Source of the DNA: Anthoceros angustus
Lineage: Eukaryota > Plantae > Anthocerotophyta
Length of the DNA stretch: 64,000 nt
Assembly: GCA_010909165.1 (NCBI GenBank)
Contig: MU008155.1
Coordinates: 2,420,773 to 2,484,772 of the forward strand
Reading direction: 5' to 3'
A program made the position numbers and the translations under genes. Every line of letters begins with the position of its first letter. Positions within the stretch are counted from its first letter, which is position 1. Shown one piece after another: positions 53,811-64,000 of this stretch. The notes below the pieces were generated by a model. It worked only from the letters and a program-made list of their open reading frames with translations. It searched no databases and was not told where the DNA came from.

Positions 53811-54350
53811 TGCGTGCATCCGGATCTCCGCCCGATGCATTTGAGTAGGAGGTTAACTAGTACAAGCTTCTTTGGAAGTGGTGTTTTTGTATACAAGTCC
53901 AAGGGATTTGCAGCCCTTCAAGTAGCGGAGGATGCGCAGCTAGTCCGATGGGCTCTCCCATGGTTGGAGAGGTATCTTGATGCAATATTCACACTGTGAC
54001 ATGGCCCGGTCCACATTGCCAAATAGAGTAGGCTAGACGGCCTCAGAGGGGCACTTGGGACATCTCATGAGCTTCTTCCGGGTTGTGGGGCGTCATCGGC
54101 GGATAGCTTCTCGGAAGCAATAGGAGTGGAGACGGCTTGGCATCGCTCGGCTTCAATCTCCAGTCGGCCGCAGTGTCCACAGCGGATGAACAGGCGCCCG
54201 GGTGCATGGCGCACATCGAGGCGTCAAGGGGTCCCTTGAGTGCCAGACGTTGCAATGATTACCTACAGTGATTGTAAGGTGGTGTTTAGTTGCTAGCTTG
54301 CACACTAATAGCAAGTTCTTGGTCATTGCAGCACGTGAGAACGCCATTAA
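53811..54350 (-). pseudogene. Copia RT C-terminal fragment (partial array copy)
   Basis: Joined to the gag-like segment at tgcgtgcat (53811-53819). Confidence 0.85.
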
Positions 54351-57118
54351 TGGTGAGCGCTCTCCATCTTCCCTTCCCTTCCCTATCGATGGCTTCACGA
54401 TAAGCTCACATGCATAGAATAAATATTATTTTGATAAATTAAAATAATGTACAGATATAAACTAATATTTACATAAATCATGAATATTACTATTTTCATT
54501 TAGATATTATAATAAACTTAATCAGATTGTACTATAATAAATACTAAAATACAATATAGTAACCCTTTACCTATTGAAAAACTTATTTAATAATCTATTA
54601 ATAAATAAAATCTCAAACTCATCGAAATATGGGACATGGGGCATGGAACTCGTTTTTCTATTTGGGCTATATATGTATGTGAGCCCCACCATCTATATTC
54701 AAACATGATATATCCAATCTCATTGTATGATAAAGAATACTATGGGACATAGTGCATGGAACCCATTTTCCTATTTGGGCTATATATATGTATGTGAGCC
54801 CCACTATATTCAAACATCATATATCCAATCTTGATGTATGCTAAAGAATATCATTATCACCCATTCTTTTGAATTTTATTAGAATGTTTAGTTTTCTCAT
54901 GGTTCTCTCTTGAGGAGGTTATCATTAGTTTGATCTGTAGAGTTACCTATCCATATTCCTTTGGGTTCTTTCTTTATTCTTATTTGCCTTTGGTCCTTTC
55001 TAGTCTATTATGGCTAATGATGATGCTCCGTTAGCGTTGTACCTTACACATGGGTGGGATTCTAGAATCGGATGCCACATTGGTTTCTACATTGAAGACG
55101 CAAGGAAGCATGAGGATGAGGTGGTGACGCTCCTTCCTTACCTTGGAACTTCCAAGCTAAAGACCCTTCCGGACCGCTTTCTAAGTATACCTTGAAGTTG
55201 GTAGACGTGGTCGATTTGATCATGGAAGTCAAGCAAAGAAGACCAACCTCCCACCATGGTCGATCTAGAAAGGATGATGACGTATGTAGGTGGAAGCACC
55301 ACCATCCCTAAGGCGCAACAAAATAGCGCGAGCACCGGGAGTGAAGACGCGCTTTACAGCATGGTGATGGAGGAGGTCCGTATACGAGGTATCACGAGTG
55401 CATTGGCATTCTATTCACAAGTCGTATAATGTGTATCGATGGCACGCTACGTCCGACTCCATCGTGAAGAAGTTCCACCAGTTCATTTGGGGCGATTCGA
55501 AAGGACATAGATGTCCCAGTTCGACTTGGTGCAAATCTTGTTTTATGTGGCTTCAAGCGTGAATACGAGTGAAGCTCAACTTCAAGATCCTCGCATCCTT
55601 AGAGACATATCTACAGGTGCTGCCGGATTGGGTGGCCATCACAGATTGGCGGAAGTAATAGGGTTTGTGAGGATGGAAGTTCAACAAAGCGCAAATTCTT
55701 CTCCTGTGCGTGCATGGAGGCCTTCCACATGGTGTGTGTATCAGAAGAAGAGATGAAACAACCGCAGATGTGCCAAAAGATGCTCGTAGGAGACCACATA
55801 TGAGGCTTCGTTTTGAGAACACTAGGCCAATAGGTACGGTCCAAAGAAGTTGTTGAGGTTGAGGGGCACCATTCTAGCACCAAAACCTACAATTGTTGGT
55901 ATAAAAAGAGGAAGCCGAAAAATACGACCGTAGAAGCGATCATAATGAAATGGGATGATACCAAGGAGCTCAATCATCCCTCACAGTTATTTGGTTGAGC
56001 TGTGCTCACCAAGTTCCAGTTGGAGTCAGCCTGCATAGCCGGTGAGTGCCTCGGCTGGCGGAAGAAATCCTTGGTTCATCCATCCATCCGGCTCCGAACC
56101 CACAAGAAAGTACTCTAGCGCCTTGAGCTCACAAGAAAGTATTTGCGCCTTCAAACTCACGGACCAATACTAGTGCCTTCCAACTCACAGGATAATAGTC
56201 TAGCGCCTTCAAACTCACAGGACCCATACTCTCTTCCAACTACGAGGATAATACTCTAGCCTTCAAACTCATAGAAAAATATTCTAGTGCCTTCCAACCT
56301 GCTGTGATAATACTCTACGCCTTCAAACTGTAAAAATATATTTGGCCTTCTTAGATCCATTGTTAAATACTCTAACGCCTTGACTCACACTAGGAGTTCA
56401 ACACGCCATGGCTCACTCACCTCGGGAGGTCACTATGTGAGAAACTTTGCCTAATTGAGCAACATAAGTCGCCAAGGGAGTGTGGATCGCGCATTGGGAG
56501 AGGGAAAAGGCATGAGGATCGAGAGGGAGAGAAGGAAGAGAGAGGTATGTAGAGAAGATATGGGTGAAAAAAGGATAACATGAGAAAACAATATAAATAT
56601 GAAGAAGAGAAGGGGAAAATGGGAAAATGGGAAGGAGAAACAAAAGAAATGAGAGGATATGGAGAAATAGTAAAGAATCTTCCTCTTGGAGGAATGTTTT
56701 ATTGAAAGGCAAAAAAAATGGTATATACACGCCGAGTGAGTTGTAATCGTTCATCGAGCGCTGAGAATGTCAAACTTACTCAACTATATCAAATGCTATT
56801 AAACATTGTTTTACGCCTTACCTTCATGAACGTGCCCTAAACCTCACTTTGATCACCAGCCTAAGACCCCCATCTCCACAACACTCCCCTCGTTCGATCC
56901 GAAGTTCTTCGTTCTACGCCATGATGGCGCCCATCGGGCATGCTTCTGCTGTTCCTCGGCATCCTCTCGACCATCCGGTGGCTTCTCAAGCTCGCGACTC
57001 ACCGATCTCACTATGAGCCAAAAATTGAAAGCCTCGAGCAATGGAGTAGCCAGCATGATCCGAAAAGAGCGCAGCCTGTTCAACACGCAAGAGCCGCAGC
57101 CGCAAGATGCATGGCGGA

Positions 57119-57375
57119 TGAAATAGGTCTAGATTAGGGCACTATTCATTAGGGCCTCATAAATTAAACATTATTCTACCTAGGGTTATTTAGGTAGTTA
57201 GTAGTTATATTAGTTATATTAGTTACAACAACTTACGGTTGCAACTACTTATGGTTGCAACCATTTATGGTTGTAACCACCCAACTACCCAGCCTATTTA
57301 AAGGCTTGTACTTTACTCATTAATTACTTACATTGTTTCTTCTTCTTCTAATCTAAGAGCTACAGATTCTCATCA
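57119..57375 (+). repeat. 5' LTR (257 bp)
   Basis: Begins TG (57119) at the array break, ends CA (57375) directly before the PBS; TATA-like ctatttaaa at ~57294. The start is inferred from the junction because no second LTR is available. Confidence 0.8.
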
Positions 57376-57387
57376 TGGTATCAGAGC
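57376..57387 (+). promoter_or_regulatory. Primer binding site complementary to initiator tRNA-Met
   Basis: tggtatcagagc immediately after the LTR-terminal CA. Confidence 0.93.
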
Positions 57388-57998
57388 ATCGTTGCTCTCT
57401 TGCGTATGCTTATGTTTCTTATATATGAGGAGATTATTTACAAGGCACTCTTAAATCTAGCATTCGTCTAGATGGAGTGCTATTGTTCTACATTCTCTAT
57501 TTCACCAATTCTTCATCTCTTCCTTTAACATGCTTATATGTTTCAATCTTCTATAATTTCTCCATGGACTTCAATTCTATTAGAAGGAGAAAGCGAAGGT
57601 TAAAAGGAAAGAGAATCTCATTAGGCAACAAGCTATTGAGAGTGAAATAGAACAAATCTCTTCATCTATAGCAAATTTCATTGCATCAATTTTATTTCCA
57701 AAACCGGATCAAGGGAAGCTTATCAAGTTATCAAGATGTCATTTACTTGAATACTTCAGCCCTATTCATATTAAAGCTTTGGAATTGGCCCTTAACCATA
57801 TTCCAAATTTAATAATTGGATTAAGTTCTTCCCCTCTGTTTTGACAAATAAAAATAGAATTCAAACTCCATCTCTTCATGATTTTTATAATCAATTTTCA
57901 TCTCTTAAAATTCGTCTCTAATCTTCAAACTGAATTATTTGATTTGAAATCAAAATTTTCTTTGCTTCGAGTTTAATACTAATCAAGGATTAGAGAGT

Positions 57999-59000
57999 AT
58001 GTCATCATCTCCAAACGTAGCGATGGATGAATTCTATATGTGCAATAAAATTGAGCATAAGCCTTACATATGACTTTGTCCTTTAAGGACGATTAGCTAT
58101 GGCGGAGTGATTGAAGAAGAATTTGAAGCTACCCAAAACTCGCCTATGGGTAATGATAATGTCCATCCTCCCACACATTATCATTTTGGTGATGGTTTCA
58201 AAGAGAAAGATAGATTCAACGGAAAGATTATGATATTTGGGCATTACGTGCGAGGAGCATTGAGACAAAGAGCATTATGGGGTATTGTTGATGGATCCAT
58301 AACGAGACCGAGGTCCGATGATGAACGAGAACTTGATTTCTGGACGCCTTGAGGATGAGAAGGCACAAGATTTATTAATAAGTGGACTCTCTCAACAAAT
58401 GGTCAGGCATGTTGCACACGCAAAAACATCTCATGAAATGTGGTCTCACCTTACTCAATTATATTCATCACAAGATGTAATGAGCATTGTGGCAGCTTCT
58501 CGTAACTTTCGTAATTTATTTATGAAAGAATCCGATACTATCGAACATCATATTAATGCTTTTAGACAAGCACGTTCCCAAGTTGAATCTGCAACTGGTG
58601 TACCTATATCCGAGATGGAAGCTTTACGTCACCTTCTATCTTCATTGCCTCCCTCCTATCGTCCATTCATCACTACTCAAACGCAGTTATTCGCAATTCA
58701 CGGAGAACCTGCAGATGATGGCACAAAGGTTTGACATAAGTGTTTACAGGATCGAGCACTTCTCCGAGGAGGAGGCAAGTAGGCGCCATTCTCACTCCAG
58801 CCTAATAAACAACAAGTAATGTACTTGCAGAGGGTAGAGGAAGAGGGACGAGGCGAGGCCGAGGTTACTCTTCGCCTCCATATTCTTCGCCAAGTCGAAC
58901 ATTGGAGAAAGCTCTTCATCGACACCTTCAAAGGGTAAGAAGAAGAGCGGCATATATGCAATTGGTGTAGGATCCCTAACCATATGGAAAAGGATTGTCA
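57999..59000 (+). pseudogene. gag: Copia gag (UBN2 domain and CCHC zinc knuckle), frameshifted
   Basis: ALWGIVDGSITRP; DEKAQDLLISGLS...AKTSHEMWSHLTQLYS...LLSSLPPSYRPF; CNWCRIPNHMEKDC (58957-58998). Confidence 0.88.
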
Positions 59001-59119
59001 CAAAGAAGAATGGTGAACCTCGAGGAGGCTTCACATGGAGTTAATGTAGCATCTAAAAAGCAAACTTCATCAACTCCAACGATTGCTCCATGTTTGGCAT
59101 CATCCAAGCCTGCTAATAC

Positions 59120-60340
59120 CTCCGGTATTTAGGCGGTGGAGCAACATCACATATATGTTACAACAAAAGTTATTTTCAATCATACTCACCAACCACGGGC
59201 ACCAAGTCGTCCTCTTGGGAGATGATCACAACTTATCGAAGTCGGTTACATTGTCGACATGTGATTCGGACAAGTCCTTCACCTCCACCAAGTACTCCAT
59301 GTTCCATTAATGTGCAAGAATTTATTATCGTTGCAAGTATTTGTCAAACCCATTCCATGCGGTGACCCTTTTACAGATAGTTGCTTTCTCTCTCATGTAG
59401 GTGATAGCAATCATATTATTTGTAGTGGTACTTTAGAAGATGGCCTTTATAGATTGTCATCCTAGTAGGAGGTCAACAATCGCTTATGTCACCGCTTCTT
59501 CTCCCAAAGTCCCCTCCATCAATGTTATGGCATTGTCGCCTTGGTCACCCAAATAGTCAAAAACTCACCCGGATGTCTAAGGAAACTTTTAAAACCCATG
59601 TCTTGCAAATGTTGGGCATTTATCCTGTGCGAAACTTGTGTCCTCACAAAGCGTCACCAAGAGCCTTTTAAAACAAATCTCCACAAAGGGCAAAGAAACC
59701 TTTAGAGATAGTGCATACGGACATCATGGACCTCTATCTACATCTTCCTTTAGTGGAAGTAGGTATTTTTGACTTTTATAGATGATTTTTCCCGTTTGTC
59801 TCCTCCTATGTCTTGCAACACAAGTCCGATGCTTTTCAATTTTTCAAAGATTATATGAAATGGAGAGACTTACATTATCGAAAACATTACGTTCGACAAT
59901 GGAGGTGAATTTACATCTAATCGATTTGAGGAGTTTTGTCGAGCAAGGTATTGCTCAACAACTCACTTGTCTATACTCCTCAACAAAATGGGATAGCGAA
60001 AATAAAAATCTGCGTTTACAAGAGATAACAGTTGCTTATTAACACAGCAAGTTGCCTAAGGTTTATTAATGAGGCCCTTCTTACAACCTATCTTATCAAT
60101 CGCTTACCTACATCGGTACCATGACGCCTTATGAAGCGTTATTGGCAAGAAACCGTCCATTGATCATCTTCAGTATTTTTGGATCACCGCATATGTTTTC
60201 ATTCCTAAAGCATTACGTAAGAAGTTGGATCCCAAGGCAGCCAAGTATCTTTTCATAGGATATATCAAGGCATTAAAGGGTATAAGTTATATAACCCTTC
60301 AACAAGACAACTTCTTTATGCTCGGAGTGTTACATTCCAT
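59120..60340 (+). pseudogene. pol: Copia protease, GAG-pre-integrase and integrase core, frameshifted
   Basis: GGATSHIC (59135), LWHCRLGHP (59525), YFLTFIDDF (~59764), DNGGEFTS (~59896), DPKAAKYLFIGY. Confidence 0.88.
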
Positions 60341-60819
60341 GAGTCTTACCTCTTTTCTCCAACAGTGGGAGTTGAAGTCGTTGACTCACGATGATGCTAA
60401 TGATTTTCTACATTTGATGATCCTAATCCCTTCCTTTCCTTGTCCCTACTCCTCGTGTTCCTTCTGACCCCATGCTGCAGGAGGAGGAGGAGCCTCTTCC
60501 ACCTTCATCCGATCCCCTTGAGGCCATTTCAAGATGCTATACCTCCTGTTCAAGATGATAATGATCGGTTGGAAGGCGATGATCAAGAAATGGATCCCTT
60601 AGAACAAGAAGATGAACCGGTTCTGTGGAAGACACACACACCAAGGTACAACCTTAGATCACGTCCACTCATCTCGGCCCTGCTGTTGGAAAGAACCCCT
60701 TTGGGATACCTTGCTATTTTTCCCGATTCTAATTCTCACGAGTCCCTTTATAATCAAGCTGTATGTACAGAGACTTAGAAGAGCCTCTTACCCTAAAACA
60801 AGCCTTCTCTTCTCCTCCA

Positions 60820-61800
60820 AACATCTATGGAAGGAAGTCAGATTCGAGTATAATTCCCTCATTAGTAATTCTACATGGGAATTAGTTGAACCTCCTAAGG
60901 GTAGAAAAATAGTAACCAGCAAATGGGTATTTAAGATAAAGAGAAAAGGAGATGGATCCGTGGAAAGGTATAAAGCACGTCTAGTTGCTAGAGGTTTTAC
61001 CCAAATCCACGGACTAGACTATATACCTTGGGCCACTTATGCTCCTAGCCAAGTTTGCACTCTTAGCATGATCTTCGCTATATGTGCCCGACGATCTTGA
61101 ACTTCATATGATGGATGTGAAGACAGATATTTGTATGGGCGCTTGAAAGAAGAAATATACATGAAGCAACGAGGGTTATGAAGTAAAAGGCAAGGAGCAT
61201 TTAGTATGTAAATTGATCAAGGGTCTATATGGACTCAAGCAATCCGCAAAAATTGGAACTTGACCATCCATATACAACTCTCGAATAAGGGATTTAAGCA
61301 AAGTAAAATGCTTGCTTATATATTTACCTTAAGGAAATGATATATTTTACCTTCTATTATCGTCGATGACGTCTTTATGGCAACAAACTCTCTTATTCTC
61401 CTAGTGAGATAAAGCATGGCTTGGACATTATGAAATGACACAGGAGAAATGAATTATGCACTTGGTGTAAATATTATCCGCGATAGGAGTAATAAAAAGT
61501 GAGCATAGTTCAAACCAAGTATATAAAGGAGAGTTTAGCAAAATTGGAATGGAAGATGCAAAGCTGCACCACACCTTGCTAGTGGCATCAGCTTACTTGA
61601 TATGAGTCCTAAGAGTGCTCAAGAGAAATGGAGATGGCATCCGTCCCATATCGACATCTTTGTCGGCACTCTCATATATTTAAGCAATTTTACTAGACGA
61701 TATTTCTTTTGAAGTCGGGTTCACACTCACAGTTTTGGAGAACCACGGACATCAACTTTGGATGTCGGTTAAGCGTATTTTTCGATACCTTAAAGGGACT
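60820..61800 (+). pseudogene. pol: Copia reverse transcriptase (RVT_2 type), frameshifted
   Basis: WELVEPPKGRKIVTSKWVFKIKRKGDGSVERYKARLVARGFTQ, MDVKT (61111), LYGLKQSA, Y-VDD (~61358-61370). Confidence 0.93.
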
Positions 61801-61839
61801 ATGCAAACAGGTGACATTTAAGCATACACCAATCAAAAC

Positions 61840-62290
61840 ATTAACACTTACGGCATATGCCGTCGATTATCTGGTGATCCCGATACTCAAAATCCGTATC
61901 GGTTATGTTTTACTTCTTGGAGGAGCTCCAATATCATGGTCGAGTAAGAACACTACCATTGCCTTGTCTAGTGAATCAATATAGAGTACTAACATCTATT
62001 TCCAAGGATATAGTATGGTCTAGGCTAATTTTGAGTGAACTTAATCACCCTCAAGAAACCCAACATCTCTTTTAGTGATAGTCGTAGCCATAGCACTTGC
62101 TAGAAACCCTTTTCCATTCCGTAACCAAACACATAGTGTTGAGTATCACTATATCGGGAGAAGTTGGAAGATAACACTATAGATATCACTTATATACCAA
62201 CACAAAACAATCCAATTGATTTGTTAACTAAGTCATTAGGAGAGATTTGCATTTAAGACACATGAAAATGTTAGGTATTCAAGAGGTTTA
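61840..62290 (+). pseudogene. pol: Copia RNaseH, frameshifted
   Basis: GDPDT, GYVLLLGGAPISWSSK, ALARNP, EYHYI, LLTK. Confidence 0.88.
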
Positions 62291-63414
62291 AGTCGCTAGC
62301 TAGTATGTGTCAATGTATTTTCTATAGTCCACACATCTTGTCTAGCATAGAAATTTCCTCTCCTAACTCTATGTAGTCCTCAATCGCTTATCCTCTCTTT
62401 CTAATACCCGGAAGGATCCTACAATACACACCATGGGTTATAAAGTGAAAATGATGAAAAGATAGTACTTAAGTCGTTAGGTTACTTCGTACAAGTGTTT
62501 GGTGTGTCCTTCATATTTTCACATGGGAAGCACTTAACCATCATCTTAATCCTCTCTTTTCACATACATACTCCATGGGAACTTCATGGTCATCCTTTCC
62601 TCCGGAAGAACCAAGTAGGTTGCCTTGCATAAGTTTCAGTGGCGGGAACTAGGAATTTTCCTTTTGCACTTGCTCTCTCTTGAGTAGGTCGTGAGGTAGG
62701 GCAAATCTCACATGGCTTGTGCCCACACTCTTATCTACACCGCAAAATAGCGGAGATATTATTAGGAAAATGTTAGTTTAGTTTACCGGTTTTTGGTATC
62801 ATCTTTCCTACTCACTCCTTGGCTCTTCATTGCTGCTATTACATCCTCTGATGCCATTTACACAAGGATGTGATCTCCAGGCTACCCTCACAAATAGCCT
62901 CGAGGGTCTCTTCGGTTTTATAGAGTCCTCGACTCTTCCGAATCTTCATTCATTTTGAAGTCATCATATTCGGCCTCGATTGGTGATCTGGCTTTATCGG
63001 ATTATCTACATCCATATTTATTAGCATTTTATGCACTCAAAATTTTTATGCAATTTATTTTGCAATTTATTGACTTACGAACTTTGACTTCTCTCAACGA
63101 CCTTGGATTTTTCCACGTGCACCACCGAGGATATCATCCTCTTCATGTATGTCTTCACTCTTTGCAATAGGTTGACGCGGAAATTGATCTTGAAGTTTGG
63201 GTCATCCGGTTCCTCCCAAGATCCGATAATGTCGGTACAACTTCATCCGGTACCACAAGTGGTGTGCACGGGCTGCACGTTTTCTTCTTTCTTTCTTGGC
63301 AAGTATCCTCCTTTCCACCACAAGTGCTTGTTTGATTTTATCGGCACCCATGTTTCGCCTCACGGGGGGCGGACCCTCACTCGGCGTCAAGCTGCAGATA
63401 TTTATCAAGCAACT

Positions 63415-63495
63415 CCAGCAATTTATTATTTCCAGCAATTTATTTCAGCAATTTATTTCAGCTATTTCCAGCATATAAATCCAGCAAATATTTCA
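63415..63495. repeat. Short imperfect repeats of cagcaatttatt
   Basis: ccagcaatttatt, ccagcaatttattt, cagcaatttattt, cagctattt, ccagcatat, ccagcaaatattt. Confidence 0.7.
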
Positions 63496-63669
63496 AAATT
63501 TGATTCGAGCGAGCACCTTTTGCTTGTGACACGGTGGATTCTGGATTCGCTATTTTCTCACGATCTTAACGAGCTAGCCGCAATTTGCGGACTTGATCGG
63601 TGGATCGCGAGGATCAGCTAAAACAAGAAATTTTCTTGGAGTGATGGATCTCTGGCGGATCGGATCGGT

Positions 63670-64000
63670 GGCGGATGGTGCAGGCAGCAAGGGGGCTGGG
63701 CAAGCTTGTTCTGTATGGACAAATGGAGCAGGAGGGCCTGATTTTAACCATGTTACTTTTGCTTGCCTTCTGAAGGCCTGTGCAAGCACTGGTGCCTTAC
63801 AGAAGGGCAGGCAGCTGCACTCACAGATTGTGGAAAGAGGACAGCTGGAACGTAATGGTGGGCAACTGCCTGGTGGACATGTATGCAAAATGTGGTGAAC
63901 TGGAAGATGCACCAGGTTTTGACAGCTTGGCCACAAGGATGTGGTGACATGGAATGCCCTGATAGCTGGGTATGCACAGCAAGGACTCGCCAGAGGCGCT
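63670..64000 (+). pseudogene. PLS-class pentatricopeptide repeat (PPR) fragment, apparent frameshifts, runs off the window
   Basis: NHVTFACLLKACASTGALQKGRQLHSQIVERG, VGNCLVDMYAKCGELEDA, DVVTWNALIAGYAQQGLA. Frameshifts may be sequencing error, so pseudogene status is uncertain. Confidence 0.85.

Larger units (their letters stand above)
1..57117. repeat. Tandem array (megasatellite) of a ~3.9-kb Ty1/Copia-derived chimeric monomer; continues upstream of the window
   Basis: Marker gctcacatgcatagaataaat recurs at 3659, 9104, 12994, 22023, 25918, 29927, 38302, 39931, 43818, 48583, 52503, 54404. Unrearranged spacings are 3890, 3895, 3887, 3920 bp. All copies are in the same orientation. Confidence 0.97.
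57119..62290 (+). mobile_element. Ty1/Copia LTR retrotransposon (5' LTR, PBS, gag-PR-INT-RT-RH); frameshifted, no 3' LTR found
   Basis: TG...CA LTR, PBS, and domains in Copia order (integrase before RT). Confidence 0.92.

Noticed and set aside
429-57134. The many 60-140-aa ORFs in the array as genes
   Set aside because: They are shifting frames of the same repeated pseudogene fragments; none stays intact across copies.
62794-62801. tggtatca as a second PBS
   Set aside because: Not followed by gagc and not preceded by an LTR end.
63578-63590. Hairpin ccgcaatttgcgg with adjacent CTAG as a Helitron 3' end
   Set aside because: Stem is short and CTAG directly abuts it instead of lying ~10 nt away; no 5' TC end or Rep/helicase seen.
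63103-63621. 172-aa + strand ORF
   Set aside because: No recognisable domain; spans low-complexity repeats and is probably a chance open frame.

Overview
Land-plant nuclear DNA; no prokaryotic genes, rRNA, tRNA or CRISPR seen. Bases 1-57117 (open at the window start) are a head-to-tail tandem array of a ~3.9-kb monomer built from Ty1/Copia remnants. On the + strand the monomer order is: AT-rich spacer with a 112-bp sub-repeat, degenerate gag-like segment (+), eight-unit 30-bp minisatellite, RNaseH-tail/PPT-like end plus purine-rich segment, linker, then an antisense Copia RT(C-terminal)-RNaseH fragment. About 14 full or partial monomers are present, with many internal direct duplications joined at microhomologies, and an unrelated ~5.1-kb retroelement-like insert (~13780-18915). 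The array stops at a different Copia element (5' LTR 57119-57375, PBS-Met, gag-PR-INT-RT-RH, no 3' LTR seen), followed by unassigned sequence and a 5'-truncated PLS-class PPR fragment running off the window end. Copy-to-copy differences cluster as indels at CG-rich sites and homopolymers, so much of the divergence and many frameshifts may be long-read consensus error. The best candidate for novelty is the retroelement-derived megasatellite and its monomer architecture; no intact novel protein-coding system is supported.
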